Below, in pieces: positions 38,072-45,997 of a DNA stretch of 52,826 nt. The stretch is from an uncultured Candidatus Bathyarchaeia archaeon. GTDB lineage: Archaea; Thermoproteota; Bathyarchaeia; Bathyarchaeales; Bathycorpusculaceae. Both the position numbers and the translations under genes were made by a program. Every line of letters begins with the position of its first letter. Within the stretch, counting starts at the first letter, position 1. The stretch covers positions 1 to 52,826 of the forward strand of contig CAYVGZ010000003.1 of NCBI GenBank assembly GCA_964450845.1, given 5' to 3'. The notes beneath the pieces were generated by a model, which had not been told where the DNA came from, made no database searches, and was given only the letters and a program-made list of their open reading frames with translations.

Positions 38072-39055
38072 TTAAATGTTGATGATTATCTTTGAACCTG
38101 ACGGTTCAAAGCTGAACCTGACTTCTGTCAAGCCTTCCTTGGACATGGTTTTTCTCAACTTATCCTTGTCATTCTCGCAATAGAACATAAGGAAGCCTCC
38201 ACCGCCAGCACCTACTAGCTTGCCGCCTAAGGCTCCGTTCTTCAATGCTTTTTGATAGTACCTATCTACTGGATCGCTTGAAATCTTTGAAGATGTACCC
38301 TTCTTTGCTAGCCAGTGCTCGTGCTGAAGTCTGCCAAACTGGGACAGGTTTCCGTTTTCAAGAGCATGCTTGACTTTGAAGCCTATCTCCTTGATGCGAT
38401 GCATTGAATCCAAAGCGTTCGAGCTGTCATCAAGGATCGATTTCCTCTGATCTTGAAGCACCATGACAGAACTCCTTTTAAGGCCTGTATAGAAGAAAAT
38501 CAGGTTATTACTAAGCTCATGAACAGTGTCATCTGCAATCTTCAACGGTGAAATCTTAACTTTTCCATCTTGGGCTATGTCTAAGCATATAAAACCTCCG
38601 AAAGCAGCTACGTAAGGATCTTGGACACCGCTCGGTTCTTTCAGTATGCCCATCTCTAAGAAACAAGCTTCTTCAGCAAGTTTTTGCCGTGAAGGATTTT
38701 CATCTTTAAATGCGTGAAGAGCGTGTAGGAGGCTGACGGTGAAGCTTCCAGAGGAACCTAAACCTGTCTCAGCAGGCAAATCAGCTATCGAAACTATCTC
38801 GATATGCTTCTCCAGTCCAAGAAGCCTCAATCCTTCTCTCACAACGGGATGTCTAATATCATCTATGGATTTCACAATTTCAGTTGATAAATAGCTTACC
38901 CTGATTTCTTCTTCAAATCTGCGGTTGACTATCAAATAGACGTACTTGTCCAAGGCGGCAGTAACGACAAATCCTCCATACATGGAGTAATATGGAGGCA
39001 AATCTGTCCCACCACCACCTAGAGTCAAACGAAGAGGAGTTTTGGTGATGATCAA
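38072..39055 (-). CDS. hddA: GHMP kinase, D-glycero-D-manno-heptose-7-phosphate kinase type
   Basis: TPLRLTLGGGGTD, GLGSSG, GVQDPY and GGKLVGAGGGGF. Confidence 0.85.
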   Translation of the reverse strand: MIITKTPLRLTLGGGGTDLPPYYSMYGGFVVTAALDKYVYLIVNRRFEEEIRVSYLSTEIVKSIDDIRHPVVREGLRLLGLEKHIEIVSIADLPAETGLGSSGSFTVSLLHALHAFKDENPSRQKLAEEACFLEMGILKEPSGVQDPYVAAFGGFICLDIAQDGKVKISPLKIADDTVHELSNNLIFFYTGLKRSSVMVLQDQRKSILDDSSNALDSMHRIKEIGFKVKHALENGNLSQFGRLQHEHWLAKKGTSSKISSDPVDRYYQKALKNGALGGKLVGAGGGGFLMFYCENDKDKLRKTMSKEGLTEVRFSFEPSGSKIIINI

Positions 39056-39537
39056 CTATGTTCATCTTTGTGATGTCAATTTCATTTCGTAACGTATTAA
39101 TTAAACATGCGTTGTTACGTCGTATATATGGATTACCATTGTAGCTATCTCGTTTCTTTTCAAGAACTCACCTTGTGAGCAAACCAAACTGCTATATGGT
39201 GACTGCATTCAAGCTTAGGTTAGTCAAATCCCTAACAAGCCTGGTTAAGCTGAATGTTTTTCGAGCATCAATGCTCTTCTCACTAATCGTGCCAAAGTGC
39301 AAACTTCGGAAGTGCTTCCAGAGTGGTTTTGCTATGTATTTTAGTGAATACCTGTTTAATGCGTATCATTTTATACCGCTATATTCCTCTTTCGTCCCTT
39401 AACTCAATGTTTCCTCTATTACAAAAAGAGGTTAATGCAATGCTCAAGAGGGCTCAATAGATCCCTAATTGCTTTGCTCTTTGCTTGCAACCGCTGAAGA
39501 GAAAGTTTAAAGCTAAATGGTGCTTTCTTAAAACTAG

Positions 39538-40779
39538 GTGGATGTGGACTCAGTTAATTTTATCCAGAGAAGGTTTCGCGATTACTACACCAGAAATTAT
39601 GTTCCAAAAAGTTCTATTTCAAAGATGGAACAACGTGAATTTGGCTTCGCAATGTTTGAGGGCTGGATGCAACGGCATAAGAGCATTAAGCAAATTGTTG
39701 AGCTAAAAGAGTTTTTGCAGAGTTCTGCCCCTTCAGACACATATTACTCCTCTGCCTATTATGAGTCTCCTGAAGCTGAGATGGATCGAAAAGGATGGAT
39801 TGGCGCCGATCTCATCTTCGACATCGATGCTGACCATATTCCAACGTCATGTGATAAAATTCATGATGAATGGGTTTGCGGCAGTTGTGGTTTTTCTGGC
39901 AAGGGAGTTACGCCTGAAAAATGCCCCGTATGCGATAGTGAAAAGTTTAATGTGAACACATGGCCTTGTGAAAAATGTTTGGCTTCTGCAAGAGCAGAAA
40001 CGCTGAAACTTTTGGACATGCTAACACAAGATTTCGGCTTTTCCGAAAACGAAATACACGTTTTCTATTCTGGACACCGTGGTTACCATGTCTCTGTTGA
40101 ACATGAAACTGTTAAGACGCTTGATTCCGTTGCACGCAAGGAGATCGTAGATTACCTTTCTAGCTTAGGTTTAGACGTTTCTCCATATAGCCTGAAGAGA
40201 AAAAATAGGAAAGAGCCACTTCTTTTTTTGGATGCGCTCGAAAACGATCTTGGCTGGTTTAAACGTCTAAATCAGGGAATACAAAATTTCATCGTTAATG
40301 CCAAAGATGAGGATTTCAGAAATATTGAACTTAAAAAGAATGTCATTAATGCTTTATTGCGCAACAGAGATTCCATTTCTAAAAGCTTACAGAACACTGG
40401 AAAACGGATTCCTTTTGTTAAAGGATTAGGCCCAGATTCTTTGGGGAAAATAGCCAAACATGTGGTTAAGTTGCAATCAGCCAAAGTAGACACTGTTGTG
40501 ACTACAGATATTCATCGTTTAATTAGGTTGGCTGATACCTTGCATGGCAAAACTGGCTTTTTAAAGGTCGAGTTTCCAGTTTCAACTATACATGATTTCG
40601 ATCCATTCAAGGACGCGATAGCCTTTAAAGAAGGCACTGCAACCGTTAATGTTTCTGGTGCACCCGAGTTCAGGTTGGGTGATGAAATGTTTGGTCCTTA
40701 CAGAAATCAAGAGGTTGAATTACCTACAGCTGCGGCTGTGCTACTTATTTGTAGGAATAGAGCACAGGTTGTGAATTAA
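39538..40779 (+). CDS. priS: DNA primase small (catalytic) subunit PriS
   Basis: QREFGF, DLIFDIDADH, SGHRGYH, DTVVTTDIHRLIR and LHGKTG. Confidence 0.95.
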   Translation: MDVDSVNFIQRRFRDYYTRNYVPKSSISKMEQREFGFAMFEGWMQRHKSIKQIVELKEFLQSSAPSDTYYSSAYYESPEAEMDRKGWIGADLIFDIDADHIPTSCDKIHDEWVCGSCGFSGKGVTPEKCPVCDSEKFNVNTWPCEKCLASARAETLKLLDMLTQDFGFSENEIHVFYSGHRGYHVSVEHETVKTLDSVARKEIVDYLSSLGLDVSPYSLKRKNRKEPLLFLDALENDLGWFKRLNQGIQNFIVNAKDEDFRNIELKKNVINALLRNRDSISKSLQNTGKRIPFVKGLGPDSLGKIAKHVVKLQSAKVDTVVTTDIHRLIRLADTLHGKTGFLKVEFPVSTIHDFDPFKDAIAFKEGTATVNVSGAPEFRLGDEMFGPYRNQEVELPTAAAVLLICRNRAQVVN

Positions 40780-41327
40780 TGTATAATGATTTATATGAAA
40801 AATGGAAAAAAGAGCTTGAAAACGTTGAACTAGAAGCATTGCATACAGACTTTTATTGCAACATCGTTGATTATCTAAAACACCTTAGAGAAGAGGGACG
40901 TATGATTGATAGAAGGACGGTTAAAGCCCGGCTTCTTAGATGTGAAATGCGCAACGCCAAACGCATGCTTTGCGAACTAATTCAAAAACGCTATAAAAAA
41001 CTAGTTAAAAAAGTGGTCGCAGGTGAAAAGATTCCATATGGGTTCTTAACCGTTGAGGAAGAGAAACTATGCACTGGGTGTCTGCCGATCTTTGAGGCTT
41101 ATCAAAGTCTTGTTAAAAACCTTCTTAGAGGGCAGATATCACATGTAGATATTGTAGTGCAACACAAAAACGACGCCTTACGTTTCTTGAAAGATGTTCC
41201 CGAAATAATTGGCGTGGACATGCAAACTTACGGACCTTACAAAGCTGAGGATATTGCGTCATTGCCAGTTGAAAATGCTCGGATTTTGGTTAAGCAAGGC
41301 TTGGCAGAAAAGATTGAAGTAAGCTAA
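40779..41327 (+). CDS. gins15: GINS subunit Gins15 (Gins51)
   Basis: Helical A domain then B domain LRFLKDVPEIIG..YGP..EDIASLP; follows priS. Confidence 0.85.
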   Translation: MYNDLYEKWKKELENVELEALHTDFYCNIVDYLKHLREEGRMIDRRTVKARLLRCEMRNAKRMLCELIQKRYKKLVKKVVAGEKIPYGFLTVEEEKLCTGCLPIFEAYQSLVKNLLRGQISHVDIVVQHKNDALRFLKDVPEIIGVDMQTYGPYKAEDIASLPVENARILVKQGLAEKIEVS

Positions 41328-41344
41328 GATGCGCTCGGGATGTT

Positions 41345-42436
41345 TTAAGAAGGCTTGTCTTGATTTGGTAAGTCTTGGTTTTCTGCTGCGATTGGTTTTT
41401 TGCTTCCAATTTTCGTCCATAGTGCTCTGCTTCCGATTATTATAAGAGGATAAGATACTATCCATGTAACTGAATATAGTTGACCGTAATAATTGTGAAA
41501 CAGCATCCAATCACCATCATTGACTGCAATAATAAAAATAGTTACAATTCTGAGTATATTGATAAAATAGGTTATTATGGCGCCTATTATAAAATAGCTT
41601 ATTTTCTGTTTCCAAGAGGGCACGGTTATTCGCAAGAACAGCAAAATTACGAGGGTGTAAATTATTAAGCTCTCAACTCCAGAGCATGGCCAAGCAATGG
41701 ACGCAACCCAACTGCTCCCACTTTGGTTGATTACGTACAATGTGGGCATACTTCCGCCCAAAATTAGCATTGTCCTGTATCCCATTAAGTTCAAAATTTT
41801 TTCTGCAAGCATTGCTGTGGTCGGAACAAAAATCTGAAAAGGAGTGAAGCTTCCATATCTGTAAGCATTGTCGATTGTATATATTGCCCCCATTGCAGCT
41901 AGGAAAACTGGTGCAATCACAAGTTTTTTTAAGCCGCTGCTGTCGTATTCCAACCAGATTATCAAGATAAAAAGTACTGAGAGAACTAGATACTCAACAT
42001 CAAGAGGTATCCAGTCGCTTTGGTCGACTCCACTTTGATACGCCCAATCCACAATTGCCTTTGATGGGAACGCATAGTAGTTGGAGGCAACAATGTATAT
42101 TGTAGGAAGTAGAAGTACTAGAATGAATGCAACAGTTCTCGCAGAACATAATTTGCTAACTTTTGGTTGAAGTTTCTCCCAGAACAGAATCAACTCTAAT
42201 GTGGCTATCCACAGAAAGAAAAGGTAGAACGTTCTGCCTTTCCATGTCATTTCAAAACTAAAATATAAGCCTGTAGTGTTATGAAAGAAATACAGTATCA
42301 TAAATGGTATAATAAACGCAAGAATCGGGAGAATTTTGATTAAATCGTTTTTTCTGTTATTTAGACATCGTACAACGTTTTGCATTAGCAAACGTATTCT
42401 AATTATGAGATATCGTGCAATGTTTTGCATTACCAA
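41345..42436 (-). CDS. Archaeosortase/exosortase family membrane transpeptidase (start uncertain)
   Basis: Multi-TM; candidate catalytic triad Cys (WPCSG), Arg (NILRI) and His (FHNYYG). Confidence 0.82.
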   Translation of the reverse strand: MVMQNIARYLIIRIRLLMQNVVRCLNNRKNDLIKILPILAFIIPFMILYFFHNTTGLYFSFEMTWKGRTFYLFFLWIATLELILFWEKLQPKVSKLCSARTVAFILVLLLPTIYIVASNYYAFPSKAIVDWAYQSGVDQSDWIPLDVEYLVLSVLFILIIWLEYDSSGLKKLVIAPVFLAAMGAIYTIDNAYRYGSFTPFQIFVPTTAMLAEKILNLMGYRTMLILGGSMPTLYVINQSGSSWVASIAWPCSGVESLIIYTLVILLFLRITVPSWKQKISYFIIGAIITYFINILRIVTIFIIAVNDGDWMLFHNYYGQLYSVTWIVSYPLIIIGSRALWTKIGSKKPIAAENQDLPNQDKPS

Positions 42437-42455
42437 ACGTAATTTTGGTTATGCA
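42363..42455. repeat. Imperfect 45-nt tandem duplication with a hairpin at the archaeosortase 5' end
   Basis: 42363-42407 vs 42408-42453, 30/34 identical over the first 34 nt; 42426-37 pairs with 42444-55 (11/12). Confidence 0.7.
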
Positions 42456-42605
42456 ATATAAGTGTTTGTCAGTTATTCCAACAAAGCTAACCTGTTTCTT
42501 CTTTTTACAGTAGAATGTACGTTCTATCTGTTGGTTTGAGAGGGAGTTATTGAAAAAGTATAAGAGTCTGTGTGTTTTCTTTAAGCAAAGCTGGTCGTGG
42601 TTGAA

Positions 42606-42881
42606 GTGAATGTTCCAAAGGAAATCAGAACGTATTGTCCTAAATGTAAGCAGCATCAAATTCACACCGTTACTCTTTACAAGGCTGGGAAACGGAGAGC
42701 CTTGGCTAAGGGCGAGCGTCGTCATGAACAGGAAAAGAAAGGTTATGGTGGGCAGAAGTATCCTCTTCAGAGAGAATTTGCAAAGACGACTAAAAAGCAG
42801 ACTTTGAAGTTGAAGTGCAAGGTTTGCGGTTACACAAGACATAAAGATGGTGTACGATTAAGAAAGTTGGTTATTGCATGA
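42606..42881 (+). CDS. rpl44e: 50S ribosomal protein L44e
   Basis: PKEIRTYCPKC, GYGGQKYP and KTTKK..LKCKVC. Confidence 0.95.
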   Translation: MNVPKEIRTYCPKCKQHQIHTVTLYKAGKRRALAKGERRHEQEKKGYGGQKYPLQREFAKTTKKQTLKLKCKVCGYTRHKDGVRLRKLVIA

Positions 42882-42897
42882 AGTTGGGGTTATTGTT

Positions 42898-43095
42898 ATG
42901 GCTGAATGGGAGAAACTGATTCCAAAACCGAGAAGCAGTTTCATTCGAGTGAAATGCCTAAAATGCGGCAATGAGCAAATAGTCTACAGTAGCGCTGTAA
43001 ACAAAGTCAATTGTAATGTTTGCGGAACTGAACTTGCTGAGCCTTCGGGTGGAAAAGCAATAATTAAGGGCGAAATAGTTGCAGTTTTTGAATAG
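42898..43095 (+). CDS. rps27e: 30S ribosomal protein S27e
   Basis: PRSSFIRVKCLKCGNEQ..CNVCG..PSGGKA; start re-called at ATG 42898. Confidence 0.96.
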   Translation: MAEWEKLIPKPRSSFIRVKCLKCGNEQIVYSSAVNKVNCNVCGTELAEPSGGKAIIKGEIVAVFE

Positions 43096-43097
43096 GG

Positions 43098-43892
43098 ATG
43101 AAAATGGCGTTTAAAAAACAGGAATGGCCAGAAGTCGGCGATTTAGTAATAGCCACGATACAGGATATTGCCGATTTTGGTGCTTATGTAAAGCTTGACG
43201 AATATGATAAAAGAGGTTTACTGCACATTTCTGAAATATCTTCTTCTTGGATTCGGAATATCCGTGATTTTATTCGTGAAGGACAAAAAGTTGTTTTGAA
43301 AGTTTTACGAGTGGATATAGAGAAAGGGCACATAGATGTGTCCCTTAGAAGGGTTACAAAAAGAGAAAAAATTGAAAAAATCATGTTTTGGAAAAGGGAG
43401 AGGAAAGCTGAAACTTTACTTCGAGGCGTCGCTGAAAAAACTGGTTTATCGCTGGACGAGGTTTATGAAAAAGCTGGTGCGCCTATGGAAAGGGAGTACG
43501 GGCTGTATGAAGGCTTCGAAAAAGTTGTCAAGGAAGGCGTAGTAGCTTTAACAAAAATAGGCATACCTGAGGAGCTTGCAGCTACTATTGCTGAGATTGG
43601 AAAAGAAAGAATGCATGTGCCAATGGTTAAGGTGAAAGGCATAGTTGAGCTGCGCTGTATGAAACCCAACGGGGTAAAAATTATCAAAGACGCATTTTTA
43701 AATGCTAAAAAAGCTGAAAAATCTCGAGAAGCGAAACTTCGCTTTTATGTTGTTGCCGCACCAAAATACTGTATTGAAGTTATGGCGGAAAATTATAAAC
43801 AAGCGGAAGCCGTTTTGCAAAAAGTCGCCGAAAATGTTGTTTCAAATGTTGCTAAGGCAGGTGGGCAAGGCGTTTTTAGGAGAGAAAAATGA
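43098..43892 (+). CDS. eif2a: Translation initiation factor aIF-2 alpha
   Basis: WPEVGDLV S1 domain, HISEISSSWIRNIRD and AAPKY. Confidence 0.96.
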   Translation: MKMAFKKQEWPEVGDLVIATIQDIADFGAYVKLDEYDKRGLLHISEISSSWIRNIRDFIREGQKVVLKVLRVDIEKGHIDVSLRRVTKREKIEKIMFWKRERKAETLLRGVAEKTGLSLDEVYEKAGAPMEREYGLYEGFEKVVKEGVVALTKIGIPEELAATIAEIGKERMHVPMVKVKGIVELRCMKPNGVKIIKDAFLNAKKAEKSREAKLRFYVVAAPKYCIEVMAENYKQAEAVLQKVAENVVSNVAKAGGQGVFRREK

Positions 43893-44077
43893 TGGTTTGG
43901 CTTTTAAGAAAATGTGAAAAATGTGGAAAATACACATTAAAAAAGGAACAATGTCCACACTGCGGTGGAAAAGTTCGAGTGCCACACCCGCCCAAATTTT
44001 CGCCTGATGATAAGTACCTCAGATATAGAGTGGCTTTAAAAAAGGAGGCTCAATTCAGTGAAGGAGACGTTCATTAA
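43889..44077 (+). CDS. nop10: H/ACA RNP protein Nop10
   Basis: CEKCGKYTLK..CPHCG..HPPKFSPDDKY. Confidence 0.95.
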   Translation: MMVWLLRKCEKCGKYTLKKEQCPHCGGKVRVPHPPKFSPDDKYLRYRVALKKEAQFSEGDVH

Positions 44078-44831
44078 AGAACTTGTAAAAGTTGATTTAA
44101 ACGATCCTATTTTGATTGGGGGGTTTCCTGGTTTAGGGCTTGTCGGCAAAATTGCTGCACGCCATCTAGTTAAACAGTTAAAGGCTGAAAGGTTCGCTTA
44201 TCTTTATTCCCCTCATTTTCCATATTTTGTACATGTTAACAAGAAAGGAAGTGTTAGGCTTCTACGTGGGACATTTTACTTCTGGAAGAACAAAAACGGA
44301 AAAAACGACTTCATATTTTTTACAGGTGACAGCCAAGCACAGACAATCGAGGGGCAGTATGAAATTTCTGACCGTATTCTGGATTTCGCTAAAAAATACA
44401 ATGTAAAATTAATCGTGACAATTGGCGGTTATCGAATGGAACCGAAGGATAAGCCCAAAGTAATCGCAGCTGCGACCAGCTCTGAACTTTTAAACAACGC
44501 ATTACGAGCCAAAGCTGTAATAAGCACCATGGAAAGTCCGATTGTTGGCACAGCAGGCTTAATTCTGGGTTTGGCTCGTTTCAAAAAAATCGGTGCTCTT
44601 TGTCTCTTAGGCGAAACTCGTGGATATTTACCAGACCCAAAGGCTGCTAAAAGTGTTCTAGAAATTTTGAGAGCAATGTTCAGTCTTGATGTGGACTTGA
44701 CTGGTTTAGACGAGGAAATTGCCAAGGCGGAGAATATAGTTTCACGTTTGCAGAAAATTGAGGAGAAAAGAACGTTGCAGGCTGAGGAGATGCGTAAAGA
44801 GGAAGATAAGAAAGTCACGTACATTTCTTGA
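44058..44831 (+). CDS. Proteasome assembly chaperone family (PAC2/Pba) protein
   Basis: GFPGLGLVGKIAA, GDSQA and GYLPDPKAA; conserved position after nop10. Confidence 0.9.
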   Translation: MKETFIKELVKVDLNDPILIGGFPGLGLVGKIAARHLVKQLKAERFAYLYSPHFPYFVHVNKKGSVRLLRGTFYFWKNKNGKNDFIFFTGDSQAQTIEGQYEISDRILDFAKKYNVKLIVTIGGYRMEPKDKPKVIAAATSSELLNNALRAKAVISTMESPIVGTAGLILGLARFKKIGALCLLGETRGYLPDPKAAKSVLEILRAMFSLDVDLTGLDEEIAKAENIVSRLQKIEEKRTLQAEEMRKEEDKKVTYIS

Positions 44832-44838
44832 AAAGGTG

Positions 44839-45930
44839 CTAAAGAACTGGTTCTTTCTCGATTACTTTAACGATCTTTTCGGCGGCTTTTCCATCTCCGT
44901 AAGGAGATTCCTCTGGCAATTCTTTCGGATTGTCTAACGTTCTTTCTATGGCTTTCATTATTTTATTTTTTTCCACACCAACAACTTCAGCGAAGCCAGC
45001 CTTGACGGCTTCTGGTCTCTCGGTGGAAAGGCGAATAACTAAGACAGGTTTTCGTATACATGGCGCTGTTGCCTCTTCCTGTACTCCACCAGAATCTGTT
45101 ACTATCATTTCGCATTTACCCATCAAAACCAAGAAGTCTAGATAACCAAGCGGCGGCAAAATTTCCACATTTCCAGATTTTTTCATTTTAGCGTATACTT
45201 TGTTTTGTTGTAGCCTCTTTTTTGTGCGTGGATGCATTGGATAAACAACTGGTAAAGGGGCTTCTGCAAAGGCTTCAATAAAATTTTTGAGAACTACGAA
45301 GTCATCTACGTTTTCTGCTCTATGAGCTGTTGCTAACGCGAATTTTTCAAAGCGAACTTTTTTCAGTATTTTTGATTTCTTCTCAGCTATTGGCAAGTGC
45401 TGAATTACAGCATCTATAACCGTGTTTCCAGTCACGTAAATTTTTCCCCAAACGTCCTCTTTTTTCAAGTTGTTTGCGGCTGTTTCGGTTGGTGCAAACA
45501 AGTAGGTGGATATGTGGTCTGTTAGGCGTCTATTATGCTCTTCTGGCATGCGCAGGTCAAAGCTTCTCAATCCAGCTTCAACGTGTCCTACAGGTATTCC
45601 AAGCTTGACTCCTGCTAAGGCTGTTGCCAATACGCCGTTTGTATCTCCTTCTACCAGAACAAGGGCAGGTAACGTCTTCTTTAATAGTTGTTCTATGCGA
45701 GTTATTATGCGTGCGGTTTGCGTTCCTTGAGAGTAGGCTTTGACTTTGTATCCGTAATCTGGTATTGGAAGGTTAAGTTCATCAATGAATTGTTGGGACA
45801 TATTGTAGTCGTAGTGTTGACCACAATGGGTGAAAATTAACGGAATTTTCCTTCTTTGCAAAGCTCTGATGACTGGAGCCATTTTTATTATTTCTGGGCG
45901 AGTGCCGACAACAACCATTACTGCTTTCAT
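44839..45930 (-). CDS. wecB: UDP-N-acetylglucosamine 2-epimerase (non-hydrolysing)
   Basis: GTRPEIIK, HVEAGLRS, PEEHNR, TGNT, HRAENVD, DSGGVQEEA and TERPE. Confidence 0.95.
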   Translation of the reverse strand: MKAVMVVVGTRPEIIKMAPVIRALQRRKIPLIFTHCGQHYDYNMSQQFIDELNLPIPDYGYKVKAYSQGTQTARIITRIEQLLKKTLPALVLVEGDTNGVLATALAGVKLGIPVGHVEAGLRSFDLRMPEEHNRRLTDHISTYLFAPTETAANNLKKEDVWGKIYVTGNTVIDAVIQHLPIAEKKSKILKKVRFEKFALATAHRAENVDDFVVLKNFIEAFAEAPLPVVYPMHPRTKKRLQQNKVYAKMKKSGNVEILPPLGYLDFLVLMGKCEMIVTDSGGVQEEATAPCIRKPVLVIRLSTERPEAVKAGFAEVVGVEKNKIMKAIERTLDNPKELPEESPYGDGKAAEKIVKVIEKEPVL

Positions 45931-45997
45931 TGAGCCTTCACTGTCTGAAATCTTGTGTCCTTGGCTGTATTTTTAACGTTTCTATGGGTTCATAATT

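Noticed and set aside
39175-39402. 75-aa plus-strand ORF before priS, and minus-strand fragments in the same gap
   Set aside because: No SD, atypical composition and no motifs; treated as island-edge spacer or remnant.
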